Assembly: GCA_043767805.1 (NCBI GenBank)
Contig: JAYUGC010000003.1
Location: 1-19,208 of the forward strand
Origin: Pseudomonadota bacterium
Lineage (GTDB): Bacteria; Bdellovibrionota; FAC87; UBA2466
Length of the DNA stretch: 19,208 nucleotides
Direction: 5' to 3'
A program made the translations under genes and the position numbers. Of this stretch, positions 1 to 9,636 are shown piece by piece. Every line of letters starts with the position of its first letter. The stretch's first letter is position 1. Below the pieces are notes generated by a model that had not been told where the DNA came from, did no database searches, and saw nothing but the letters and a program-made list of their open reading frames with translations.

Positions 1-198
1 CCTTGTGACGGCACCAAAATTCAGCGCCCAGCCCGTACTTCCACCTAGAACGGCGATACCCACGCCCGCACTCACCGTCGCCACCGACGGTGTGTTGTCC
101 CAGAAACTTTCCGAGGAGGACGTCGCCGCCCCGGTTTTCGGGATTACCCCGAGTCCCAGCGTCACCGCGAGCGTCCATTTCCAAGCGTGCTTTTTCAT
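1..198 (-). CDS. Exported protein, probably outer-membrane beta-barrel (N-terminal part; runs off the window)
   Basis: Not in the ORF track. ATG at 198 is preceded by GGAAGGA. Translation MKKHAWKWTLAVTLGLGVIPKTGAATSSSESFWDNTPSVATVSAGVGIAVLGGSTGWALNFGAVTR gives a signal peptide followed by alternating beta-strand-like sequence. Confidence 0.65.
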   Translation of the reverse strand, partial: MKKHAWKWTLAVTLGLGVIPKTGAATSSSESFWDNTPSVATVSAGVGIAVLGGSTGWALNFGAVTR

Positions 199-337
199 AC
201 GAGCGATCCTTCCGTGAGCTCCCTGTTTGCCCTTTTGCCTCAGTTCGTAACCTATTGCTACGTTGCGAACCTCAGCAATTGCGCCGGAATCCTGCACTCG
301 GGAGCCAGAAGCGGCGAAATTCAAAAGGCGAAACGAA

Positions 338-709
338 CTACGGATTCTGGGATTCTTGACCCGACGTCGGCGTGGTCAAATCGCGGTTCATCGACTCGGT
401 CTGAGCTTCGGTGTTCTCCGGCTGCTCAACCTTCGTCTCGGTCGTGGCGTCAGGCGCAATGCGCATCTGAGTCGCACGACGGTGCGCTCTGGCAGTGCCG
501 CCTTCACGGCCGATTTGCGACATATGCGCTCTGTCGCGGCTGACCGCGAGTCCGCCTTTGCGTCCGGCTTCGCGCGCTTCTTCCGACGTAAATTCGTGAG
601 CCGTGCCTTGCTGGTGAGCCGCGCGGCCGCCCTTGCTCGCAATTTCTTTTTGTTTCTCCGCGTCCATGGACGCGAAGCCCCGATTACTCGTTTTTGCAGA
701 TTGTGCCAT
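338..709 (-). CDS. KGG-repeat stress-induced protein (YciG/GsiB/Con-10-like)
   Basis: RGFASMDAEKQKEIASKGG, HEFTSEEAREAGRKGG and HMSQIGREGG repeats; GGAGG RBS-like sequence upstream. Confidence 0.95.
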   Translation of the reverse strand: MAQSAKTSNRGFASMDAEKQKEIASKGGRAAHQQGTAHEFTSEEAREAGRKGGLAVSRDRAHMSQIGREGGTARAHRRATQMRIAPDATTETKVEQPENTEAQTESMNRDLTTPTSGQESQNP

Positions 710-753
710 GAGAGTGTTGCCTCCGTTTGCGGTTTAAGTTCTTCAACCGATTT

Positions 754-769
754 TGCAACGGCTGTGCCA
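754..769 (-). promoter_or_regulatory. sigma54 -24/-12 promoter for the KGG gene
   Basis: TGGCAC-AGCCG-TTGCA, a perfect consensus match, 45 nt upstream of the ATG. Confidence 0.9.
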
Positions 770-794
770 CTAACGGCGGAGCCCGTAAGATTGG

Positions 795-810
795 TGGCAT
801 TGGGTTTGCA
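795..810 (+). promoter_or_regulatory. sigma54 promoter for 923..1210 and 1267..1407
   Basis: TGGCAT-TGGGT-TTGCA. Confidence 0.8.
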
Positions 811-890
811 ACGCCTCTTACCGCGCCCTTCGCAGCTGGCAAAGTTGAAGCTGTGAAACTCAAGTGACGTACAGCGTGCGAAGGGCGGAT

Positions 891-907
891 TGTTGCAAAC
901 TGAAACA
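891..907. promoter_or_regulatory. Candidate enhancer (UAS) palindrome
   Basis: TGTTGCA-AAC-TGAAACA, about 120 nt upstream of the KGG sigma54 promoter. Similar 17-mers recur near other promoters. Confidence 0.55.
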
Positions 908-922
908 AAAATAAGGAATCAG

Positions 923-1210
923 ATGCCGAATTTAGCGAACGTAAACAGAAAAGCCCGGGAAGGATTCGACGCCTTCCCCGTGGGCGCTGTCGCGTTGGCC
1001 GCGGTATCAGGGTTCGTGCTGGGCGGATTTCTCGCCCGGCGGTTCGGGGCGAAGCCAAACGGCTATGATTCACACTTTACGGGACATTATCCCCGTTTTA
1101 CGGGCGCAATCAGCGCCGTCACGGGCGGTCCCCCCGAGGATATGAACGCAATGCCCGTCTGTCCCGATCCCAAGATCGAGGCCTGTATCTACGACGGAAC
1201 GCAGCTCTAG
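923..1210 (+). CDS. Small single-pass membrane protein
   Basis: AAGGAA RBS before ATG 923 (preferred over TTG 890). TM segment FPVGAVALAAVSGFVLGGFLARR resembles the DUF883/ElaB anchor. Confidence 0.7.
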   Translation: MPNLANVNRKAREGFDAFPVGAVALAAVSGFVLGGFLARRFGAKPNGYDSHFTGHYPRFTGAISAVTGGPPEDMNAMPVCPDPKIEACIYDGTQL

Positions 1211-1266
1211 TTCCTCGTTAATCCCCAGATAAACACAACTTTAAGTAGACGACCTCCGAGGAAAAC

Positions 1267-1407
1267 ATGAACTGGGTCCTGCAAAATCAGTATCGGGCTG
1301 GAAAGATCCCCAACTCGCGCTCTGGCCGGCTTTTTCCCCTAAAAGATCTCGCGTTCCTACTGGGCGTCAGTGTTTGCGTGATCGCCCTCATCGCGACCGG
1401 TCATTAA
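1267..1407 (+). CDS. 46-aa tail-anchored membrane microprotein
   Basis: Not in the ORF track. GAGGA RBS; MNWVLQNQYRAGKIPNSRSGRLFPLKDLAFLLGVSVCVIALIATGH. Confidence 0.65.
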   Translation: MNWVLQNQYRAGKIPNSRSGRLFPLKDLAFLLGVSVCVIALIATGH

Positions 1408-1432
1408 CTCTCACGAGTGCAGGTTCCGCTTT

Positions 1433-2137
1433 TTACCGGCCCGGCGCTTTGAGTCCTGCCTCTCTTGGGCGACGGGCATGTCGCTTTTCGGCAACAGGGG
1501 CCGCTGCGACAGGCGTGAGAAAAGCGCTGAGGTGCGGCTCGAAATTCTGCCGGATGGAGAAAAAAGTACCCTGGACCGGCACTTTCTTACCCTTCTTGTT
1601 CACCAACGGAAGCTCCAGACGTTTGCGGTTAAAAAGCCGTCGGAGCGCGTCGGTCTTCAGACGCTTGGCGAGGGAGCGATATTGTTTCTTCGCGTCCTGG
1701 GCGAGCAACACCGTGGTCAAATCCTCCAACGCTCTTTCCGCCCGAGCTCGGCGAGAAGCGAGGTCGATGGTGAGCTTCAGCTCTCTTTCGGTCACGGGCT
1801 TGTGTAGGTAGCCGAAGGGCTCAACGGTGTCGGCCGCTCGCAAGACGCTGTCATCTAGATGAGAGCTCACGAAGATGGTGGGCACCGCGGAATGTTGCTT
1901 GAGCCAACGGGCGACGGCTATCCGTGAAGCCCGATCCTTGTCCCCACTAGGGTCGAGGTCGACCAAAGCGAGATCCGGGCGCGGTAAGGCAAGCAGGTTC
2001 AGCTTCGCGGCATCTTCCGGAACGATGTGGGTGATGGTGTGGCCGAGGTTCCCAAGGGCCTGTTCCAAGGCGTGGGCGATCAGAATTTCGTCTTCCACAA
2101 TCCAAATACGAATAGGTTCAGGGGTGGGTGAGCTCAC
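1433..2137 (-). CDS. Response regulator (receiver, coiled coil, PAS/PAC-like remnant)
   Basis: IWIVEDE, LALVDLD (phosphoacceptor) and FGYLHKP motifs. GTG 2137 chosen because the sigma54 promoter at 2160-2175 lies inside the longer ORF. Confidence 0.85.
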   Translation of the reverse strand: MSSPTPEPIRIWIVEDEILIAHALEQALGNLGHTITHIVPEDAAKLNLLALPRPDLALVDLDPSGDKDRASRIAVARWLKQHSAVPTIFVSSHLDDSVLRAADTVEPFGYLHKPVTERELKLTIDLASRRARAERALEDLTTVLLAQDAKKQYRSLAKRLKTDALRRLFNRKRLELPLVNKKGKKVPVQGTFFSIRQNFEPHLSAFLTPVAAAPVAEKRHARRPREAGLKAPGR

Positions 2138-2159
2138 GGTATTCTCTGGGCGAACAGGC

Positions 2160-2175
2160 AGCAAAAAAAATGCCA
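2160..2175 (-). promoter_or_regulatory. sigma54 promoter for the response regulator
   Basis: TGGCAT-TTTTT-TTGCT. Confidence 0.8.
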
Positions 2176-2196
2176 GAGTCATTTTGTCGAAGAGAC

Positions 2197-2251
2197 TGTG
2201 GCGCATTGAAACGGTGGTCTGTGGCATAAAGCATCGTTGCACTCTGCTCCA
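2197..2251. promoter_or_regulatory. Three tandem candidate UAS 17-mers
   Basis: TGTGGCG-CAT-TGAAACG (2197), TGTGGCA-TAA-AGCATCG (2220) and CGTTGCA-CTC-TGCTCCA (2235), lying between divergent sigma54 promoters. Confidence 0.5.
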
Positions 2252-2304
2252 AAAACTCCTCTTTTAGAACCCAATCCTGCAGGGCCTCTCCGAGGGCCCA
2301 GTTA

Positions 2305-2320
2305 TGGCATTGGAAATGCA
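2305..2320 (+). promoter_or_regulatory. Putative sigma54 promoter facing 2623..2997 and the activator gene
   Basis: TGGCAT-TGGAA-ATGCA. About 300 nt from the next start codon, so less certain. Confidence 0.55.
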
Positions 2321-2622
2321 CTAAGTTTGGTTTCAGAATCACGAGTCTTTGTGTTTCAAAAATTCGGCTAGTAAACCAGAGCTTCTGGGGGAGCTCAGCG
2401 ACTTTGAAACGGCGCTCCAGAAAGGCGCGAATGGCCTTAGGCCCAAGGGATCAAGCTGACCTGGAAGGGAGAGCGCCGCGAGTGGCCTGGTCCGAGGCCG
2501 AAGTTGGTTAAGGATCGGCGTACCTTTCTCATATTTTTCGATGTCGTTTTTCTCCCGCTGACGGTTGGCTTCTTCACCGCGCGGTAGTCGATGGTTTTAA
2601 AAATCTTCCAAGGAGGGCCAGA

Positions 2623-2997
2623 GTGGAAAGAAATAATCCGAAACACGGAAAAAGAGATATTTCCCTAACGGGCAATCCTGAGCCTCTCGAGGCGGGAGAA
2701 ACGAGTGAGGATAGATCCGAGGAAATTTCCCTGGGATCGATTCGAGGCTCAGCGACGGGAGAGGGCGATCGAGATGTCGTTCCCGGCGGCTGGGGCGGAA
2801 CCGAGGACGCTACCTCGACAGCGCCCAGCGATATGATGGGCATTAATTTAAGTCCCGACGGGCTTCCGCCCGAGCCGGATATCAACAAGTTAGGTGATGA
2901 TCTGGGAGATATATCCGATCTCTTGGAAACGGATACCGAAGGCGCCGATAATAGTCCGGCCGACGTTCAATCGCACCGCGTCTCTCGCTCCGCTTAG
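2623..2997 (+). CDS. Acidic, probably disordered hypothetical protein (hydrophilin-like)
   Basis: Strong AAGGAGG RBS before GTG; rich in D/E/G/S/T. Confidence 0.75.
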   Translation: MERNNPKHGKRDISLTGNPEPLEAGETSEDRSEEISLGSIRGSATGEGDRDVVPGGWGGTEDATSTAPSDMMGINLSPDGLPPEPDINKLGDDLGDISDLLETDTEGADNSPADVQSHRVSRSA

Positions 2998-3102
2998 GAA
3001 GATAAGGCTTTCTGGGCGGCTCGGTTGATTTTCAAATGCCGCCATGAGACGTTTCGATCGAAAAGACCAATAGAAAACGTGGGTTAACTTTAGGGGGTTC
3101 CA

Positions 3103-4559
<1,457 letters not shown>

Positions 4560-4563
<4 letters not shown>

Positions 4564-5147
4564 GCAGCGAGCCGCTCGGGATGTCCGTGGGCGTCCACGG
4601 GTATGTCCGCTTTGGCTTCGCCCGCCCGAGACACGCCTTCTCCCTTTGCCGCAGCCAAAATGTCCTCGGCCTGTTTGGCCCAGGCTTTGGAATCGCAATG
4701 CACGGAGAGTAGCGCCTTTCCTTTCGTTACGATGCCTTCAAAGCGTTTCGCCTCAAACTCCGGAATGCCCAGGCCAATGAGCCCGCCAATGATGGCGCCC
4801 AGCACCGTTCCGGAGCCAAGTAGGCTGAGCATCGCGAGAATCGGACCTGCCGCGATGAACGGCTCGAAGAACGAAACGGCCAAATTTCCGCTGCCCGCGA
4901 TGGCCCCGAAGACCGCGCCTAAAAGGCCGGCGATCGCCCCACCGAGTGCGACGCCTTCGGACAATTTTGACTTTTTTCGGTAACCGAACTCTTTCGGATT
5001 TGAGTCATCGCCGAAGAGGACCGAGATGTCGGAAGCCCGAAAGCCGCTCGATCTCAAGTGAGTGATGGCTCCTTCCACCCGAAGCTCGTCGTCAAATAGG
5101 CCATACACGGTAATTTTATCGTCTCTATTCAAGTAACCTCCGTTCAT
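4560..5147 (-). CDS. General stress membrane protein (YflT/17M, DUF3341-like)
   Basis: VYGLFD...GFRASDISVL, glycine-zipper TM hairpin, AAGPI...GLIGLGIPEFEAKRFE...LLSVH. ATGA overlap with the BON gene. Confidence 0.88.
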
Positions 5148-5542
5148 TCGGCCATGACTTCAATATCGTTTACGACGCGCTTACCACTTGCCGCTTCTTT
5201 CGCTCGCTTTTCCACCCGGGACCGTTCTTGTTCGTTCGGAACGCTGCCCCTGAGGGTAATCGTGCCGCGGTCGACCAGAATGGCCACGTTCTTCCCGTAC
5301 ACGGAAAGCCCCTCATCTTCGACGAAGGCTTCTCGCACCTGCCGCGCGAGCGCTTTGTCTCTTGCGTCCATGCGGAAGTCTACGTCCGGTGAGCTGGTGT
5401 TCGGATTCGCGCCGGAAGTTTCCAGGGCAGAGTCTCTTCTCGACTCGTTGAAAGCGACCCGATCAGATTTAGCGATACCGAGTACTGGTATCAGCCCCAG
5501 CAAAATCCCAACTTGAAAGAGGAACTGCTTTGTGACGTTCAT
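5144..5542 (-). CDS. BON-domain (OsmY-like) exported protein
   Basis: Signal peptide; DKALARQVREAFVED...NVAILVDRGTITLRGSVPNEQER...VVNDIEV; AAGGAGG RBS. Confidence 0.92.
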   Translation of the reverse strand: MNVTKQFLFQVGILLGLIPVLGIAKSDRVAFNESRRDSALETSGANPNTSSPDVDFRMDARDKALARQVREAFVEDEGLSVYGKNVAILVDRGTITLRGSVPNEQERSRVEKRAKEAASGKRVVNDIEVMAE

Positions 5543-5576
5543 GGCTCGTCCTCCTTAGGTTTTTCAACTTTACAGG

Positions 5577-5592
5577 TGCAACGGCTGTGCCT
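5577..5592 (-). promoter_or_regulatory. sigma54 promoter for the BON-YflT operon
   Basis: AGGCAC-AGCCG-TTGCA; 15 of 16 nt identical to the KGG promoter. Confidence 0.88.
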
Positions 5593-5907
5593 TGTCTCAA
5601 AAGGCTCTTGCCCCTACCCGTTACGGGAAAGAAATCGAAGCAAGAAGGGGAAGAGGGGGGAAGCCGGCCTTCCCTGGGGGGAAAGCCGGCCATCGATCCT
5701 TTTGGGGAGTGGTCGGGAGATGGAAATACTCACATCTCAGTCGCGGCGGATCGCGGCCGCCACTGTTGTAGGAGGAAGTCATTGCAAACGGTGGACCGAG
5801 ATTCTTAACTCTAAGGGGCCTCGTTCGAGACGAAAGTTGCCACGAATCGTTGCAGCCATCATCGATACTGCGGGCTGAGCGGCAGAGGAACGGGCACAAC
5901 CTTAGTC

Positions 5908-5923
5908 TGGCATCGAGGCTGCA
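5908..5923 (+). promoter_or_regulatory. sigma54 promoter for the OMP remnant and YHS gene
   Basis: TGGCAT-CGAGG-CTGCA, 39 nt upstream of an ATG with an AGAGG RBS. Confidence 0.7.
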
Positions 5924-5961
5924 TAGGTAATGAGCGCAGAAATCATTTAGAGGCGGACGCG

Positions 5962-6160
5962 ATGCGGAAACTTCGGCAGATTAGGTTGCTTTTGGTTTTT
6001 TGTAATAGGGAAGGGTTCGCTTACCGTCGGCACGGGCCTCGACCTCGGCGATTTTTTTGCGTCCTTACGGTATGAGATCGGATCGACCGATCTCGACGAA
6101 AACTCGGCTGGCCGGCACTCTCGAGGGTTTCAGGTGTTGGTCGGCTTTAACTTCGGGTGA
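5962..6160 (+). pseudogene. Outer-membrane beta-barrel gene remnant (internal deletion or frameshift)
   Basis: ATG 5962 gives signal-like MRKLRQIRLLLVF. The +1 frame gives ...GSLTVGTGLDLGDFFASLRYEIGSTDL...RGFQVLVGFNFG*, typical last barrel strands, with no start codon of its own. Confidence 0.6.
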
Positions 6161-6657
6161 GCTCAATGTCCGCACGGTTAGCGTCTGAAGCTTTTGCCAT
6201 GAAAAGCGATCTTCAAGTGAAAACTGATCCGGTTTGTGGAATGGCGGCGAGCCGGCACTCCGAGTTCCGCGCGGAAGCGGCAGGACGAGAGTTTTATTTC
6301 TGCAGCGACGGTTGCCGCGCTCAGTTCGAAGCGGAGCCGCAATCCTTCATGGCGCCCGACGCCGGGGAAGGTGTTCGGGTGCCCGCGCGGCCCGGCGCCG
6401 ATCGGGTCGAAAGAAGCCGCGCGGCCGCCGACGAAGCGACGGGCCGCCAAGGCATCGAAGGCGAGCAAAAACATCACATCCCGGCCTGGGCGGTACATGA
6501 AAGCCACGTGCAGAGAATGCAGCGGGGATCCCATCAAGACGAAGGCCCGCATGAGGGTCCCCCGGATGCGTACGGCGAGGAAGCGATGGCATTGGATGAG
6601 CCCCCCGACGAGCTCGTTCGTCGCGCTCCGCCGGATGATACGGTCTTGGGTGGGTAG
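6157..6657 (+). CDS. YHS-domain protein with a long hydrophilic tail
   Basis: DPVCGM...EFYFCSDGCRAQFEAEP. Start may be 6157, 6166 or 6199. Confidence 0.85.
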   Translation: MSSMSARLASEAFAMKSDLQVKTDPVCGMAASRHSEFRAEAAGREFYFCSDGCRAQFEAEPQSFMAPDAGEGVRVPARPGADRVERSRAAADEATGRQGIEGEQKHHIPAWAVHESHVQRMQRGSHQDEGPHEGPPDAYGEEAMALDEPPDELVRRAPPDDTVLGG

Positions 6658-6663
6658 AAAAGC

Positions 6664-6709
6664 ATCAGCGCTATCCGTCTCGACGCCGGATAGCGCTGAT
6701 AAGTTTTTT
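6664..6709. terminator. Intrinsic terminator between convergent genes, probably bidirectional
   Basis: Perfect 14-bp inverted repeat ATCAGCGCTATCCG/CGGATAGCGCTGAT, with a T-run on the right and an A-run on the left. Confidence 0.85.
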
Positions 6710-6720
6710 GGACGCGAGTT

Positions 6721-7200
6721 TTACTTACGGATGGCGACGCTCTCGGCGGCGATATAGACCTGAGCGGCCAGGATGTCCCGTCTCTCGTTTTCGTTCACTT
6801 TGTCCCACATGAGATCCGACACGGGAACCGATTCGAGCAGCCGAACCGTGCCGAGAACGCGCACGCGGTCGCCGCGGCGAACGTGCTCGACTACGGGAGT
6901 GCGCATTTTGTCCTCACGGACGATGGGCACGCCCGAATGGGTATCGCCGGCCCAAAACACGTAATTGCCGACGACCTCGTCCACCGGCGCGTCGGCGATG
7001 CTGACCTTGCGCCCGACGAGAGACCGCTTATCGGCTGTACTCGAAATCACCGTCAATTCACTGATGGTGTTATTGCCGCCTTGGGTTTCGTTTCCGTTAC
7101 CGGTTCCGATCCCGTTGTCCTTGCCGCAGCCCAGGAGAACGAAAAGAACAGAGACCGCGCTGAGCCCCAACCGACGTTTCAACGTTTGTGCTTGTGTCAT
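6721..7200 (-). CDS. Lipoprotein of unknown function (possible OB-fold-like domain)
   Basis: Lipobox LLGC after a basic/hydrophobic signal; GN-rich linker; VRRGDRVRVLGTV. Confidence 0.8.
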   Translation of the reverse strand: MTQAQTLKRRLGLSAVSVLFVLLGCGKDNGIGTGNGNETQGGNNTISELTVISSTADKRSLVGRKVSIADAPVDEVVGNYVFWAGDTHSGVPIVREDKMRTPVVEHVRRGDRVRVLGTVRLLESVPVSDLMWDKVNENERRDILAAQVYIAAESVAIRK

Positions 7201-7218
7201 GTGATTTACCTAAGCGGA

Positions 7219-7557
7219 TTATTCCGCCGTGCCTTTCTCTAAATTTTCGAGGTGTCTCAAACGGACGTCCACGCGTTGTTGATAGCTGTTCCACTCGGAA
7301 GCGGGCGCGCCTTCCATGTTGCGGAGCTCGGCCCGAGCGTCCCGGGCGTTCGCCATGAGATCACGTCCCCGCTCTCGGTTTTTCATATTGTTCGCTTCTT
7401 TTTCCCAGCGATCGAGTTTCTTATCGACGGTCTTGATGTACCCCGCGCGATCCGTGGACTCGATGTTGGTGGTGCGGGAGGGCCTCGAAGAGCAGCCTCC
7501 GATTAAGAGCAGTCCCGCCAGAGCGGGAGCTACGCATAGATTTTTTAGTTTCATCAT
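7219..7557 (-). CDS. Helical/coiled-coil lipoprotein
   Basis: AAGGAG RBS; lipobox IGGC; amphipathic helices. Confidence 0.85.
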   Translation of the reverse strand: MMKLKNLCVAPALAGLLLIGGCSSRPSRTTNIESTDRAGYIKTVDKKLDRWEKEANNMKNRERGRDLMANARDARAELRNMEGAPASEWNSYQQRVDVRLRHLENLEKGTAE

Positions 7558-7585
7558 GGTTCTCCTTTATTTAGATTTAGTTTGG

Positions 7586-7873
7586 TTAATGAATGAGGTC
7601 CTGGCGGTGTTTGCGAAAATGGAAGAGTCCCAGCATGGGATCGACGTGATCTTCCGTGAGCAGGTCGAATAGCTGAGTGAAAAGCAGCTGCTGTTCCGCC
7701 GTCGTTTTGGGCGCCATGCGCTCCCCCCCGACGTACGAGCCGTCTTCCCCAGAGAAATTAGAAGCGCCGCCGCGCACTTCGGAGAGGAGCCCGCCGACTT
7801 CGTCGTAGTCGACAAGGGAGTCTCCCGCTTCCTGTTGAGACCGGACGTGAGTCGTGGATTTATCGTTTATCAT
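7586..7873 (-). CDS. Hypothetical protein, first gene of the lipoprotein operon
   Basis: ATG 7873 has a GAGGGG RBS and lies downstream of the predicted sigma54 start site; the upstream ATG 7912 does not. Confidence 0.65.
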   Translation of the reverse strand: MINDKSTTHVRSQQEAGDSLVDYDEVGGLLSEVRGGASNFSGEDGSYVGGERMAPKTTAEQQLLFTQLFDLLTEDHVDPMLGLFHFRKHRQDLIH

Positions 7874-7920
7874 TTCCCCTCTCTCTTTCTTCGCGCCGTG
7901 CTTGGTACTCATTTGGACGA

Positions 7921-7936
7921 TGCAATCGTCGTACCA
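7921..7936 (-). promoter_or_regulatory. sigma54 promoter for the 7873-6721 operon
   Basis: TGGTAC-GACGA-TTGCA. Confidence 0.8.
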
Positions 7937-7977
7937 GAGAGAAGGGTGCGCCCTCTTTTCACGAAGAAAATCGGAAG

Positions 7978-7993
7978 TGGCAGGCGCGTTGCA
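7978..7993 (+). promoter_or_regulatory. sigma54 promoter for 8050..8253
   Basis: TGGCAG-GCGCG-TTGCA. Confidence 0.78.
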
Positions 7994-8049
7994 GAGAATA
8001 TCCCAGGAAGGCGAGAGCGAAACTTAGCGAGCTTAAGAAGGAGGCGCGC

Positions 8050-8253
8050 ATGAATCAGACCAAGAACGCCGATAAACGGACTGGTACGGGCATCGGCCCC
8101 AACGATACGTTCGAGAGCGATGACGACATCGGAAACCGCAAGGTGGAGAAGCCTTCTCAGTTCACGCCCGGAGAAGCGAGGCGCGCGGCTGAAGAAAGAT
8201 GGAAGAAGCGGGATGCGGGAACGACCGAAGCAACGAAGGAGCAACCTAAATAG
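8050..8253 (+). CDS. Small hydrophilic protein with one degenerate KGG-like unit
   Basis: AAGGAGG RBS; SQFTPGEARRAAEE resembles HEFTSEEAREAGRK of the KGG protein. Confidence 0.8.
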   Translation: MNQTKNADKRTGTGIGPNDTFESDDDIGNRKVEKPSQFTPGEARRAAEERWKKRDAGTTEATKEQPK

Positions 8254-8412
8254 TTCTGTACGCCCGAACCTTTAGCCATTGAACGCTTCGCGTCTTAAGA
8301 TGAGAAGCGCAGGGCATCGCTCTGAGGTGGGGTTAGCTCTTGACCTTGGGCTCACTAAACGAAAAAGTCAGGGGTCGCCTCGATTTTTATCCTGACTGGG
8401 GCAAGGGGAAAC

Positions 8413-9591
8413 GTGATCGGCCGAGAAAAACCCAAAGTCGTCTTGTTCGCGGAATCAGCGGAGCGTGCCGAGTCACTGGCAAAGGCTCTGGTCTGCGACG
8501 CATACGATTGCGAGACCTCGCCCTTTGAAGGGGCGGAGGCGGCGCTCGTCGATCCTCGGCTTTGTTTTGCCATTATTTTGCTCGAGGACTCGGCCGAGTC
8601 CGGCTTGAAGCTTGCTCGTTCTCTCGGCGAGACTTCCCTTTTTCACGGTTTGCCTTTTTGTTTTCTCACCAGCTCAACTCGCGACGTGCGCACCGAGGCT
8701 GAGGCCTATGCCTGCGGCGCTGTGGATTACGTGGCGCTGCCCGCCGATACTTCCCTCCTAAGAACGAAGCTCACTACGTTGGTGCGCTTGGCAGCCGGCC
8801 GCACCGTCGAGCGAGACGGCGGATCCGAGGAAGTGATCCGTCTTAAACGCGCGCTGGAGACGACCAGCGGCGAGCTCGAACGTTTTGCCTCCGTCTGCTC
8901 TCACGATCTCCGCGAGCCCTTGCGCATCGTCATTTTGATGGCGCAATCTCTCGATCGCCACTACTCGGATAAGCTCGGGCGAGAAGGCAAAGAGCTCGTG
9001 GATCTCATCGTCGCGGGCTCGCGCCGTTTAGCCGAGCGGATCGACGGCATTCTCGAGTATTCCCGTGTTACGGGCGGCCAGGTCGCGGCCCGCGAAGTAG
9101 ATCTGGACGCCTCTCTCGATACCGCCCTGAGAGCGCTGGCTCCGGCCATCGAACAAACGGGCGCGACCATCGAGCGCGTGAAGCTGCCCCGTCTTTGGGG
9201 GAACGCCGAGCAGTTCGTCCGCCTTTTCCAGAATCTCATCGGCAACGCGCTTAAATTTAGAGGGGCTGAAGCGCCGCTCGTGCGCCTCACCGTCGAGAAA
9301 CACGGCAATCAGTCGCGGGTAACCGTTTCGGACAATGGCATCGGCATCGACGCCCAGTACGCCGATAGGCTATTTCGGATTTTCAAGAGATTACACCGTC
9401 CGGAAGAATATCCCGGGGTTGGTATCGGACTTGCCATCTGCAAGCGAATCGTGGAAAGCCACGGTGGCTCGCTCTGGTTCGAGTCGGAACCGGGTAGGGG
9501 GACGGCGTTTCATTTTACAGTGAGTCCCATGCGCGAGACGCGCGCTTTTGAGAACAAGGGCCGATATACGGCGCCCTCGCTGCACTCCTGA
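8413..9591 (+). CDS. Cytoplasmic histidine kinase with an N-terminal degenerate receiver (bacteriophytochrome/Cph1-type kinase core)
   Basis: H-box SHDLREPL, N-box QNLIGNALKF, DNGIGI, FRIFKRLH, GVGIGLAIC. N-terminal receiver-like region (GAVDYV) lacks the acidic pair and the conserved Lys. Confidence 0.95.
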   Translation: MIGREKPKVVLFAESAERAESLAKALVCDAYDCETSPFEGAEAALVDPRLCFAIILLEDSAESGLKLARSLGETSLFHGLPFCFLTSSTRDVRTEAEAYACGAVDYVALPADTSLLRTKLTTLVRLAAGRTVERDGGSEEVIRLKRALETTSGELERFASVCSHDLREPLRIVILMAQSLDRHYSDKLGREGKELVDLIVAGSRRLAERIDGILEYSRVTGGQVAAREVDLDASLDTALRALAPAIEQTGATIERVKLPRLWGNAEQFVRLFQNLIGNALKFRGAEAPLVRLTVEKHGNQSRVTVSDNGIGIDAQYADRLFRIFKRLHRPEEYPGVGIGLAICKRIVESHGGSLWFESEPGRGTAFHFTVSPMRETRAFENKGRYTAPSLHS

Positions 9592-9636
9592 CATAGCTGG
9601 GCCCCATCCGAAGTGAATCGAACGGGGCCCAAACTT

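Noticed and set aside
217..232. GGGCAA-ACAGG-GAGCT (minus) as a promoter for the first gene
   Set aside because: Correct spacing but a poor -12 context, and the predicted start would cut off the RBS.
263..856. 197-aa + strand ORF and other long antisense ORFs (e.g. 9613-10308, 12798-13457, 3199-3699)
   Set aside because: Shadows of well-supported genes on the opposite strand in GC-rich DNA, with no recognisable motifs.
5641..5708. Short direct repeats as CRISPR or IS ends
   Set aside because: Only two ~15-nt copies with a 6-nt gap; no cas or transposase genes.
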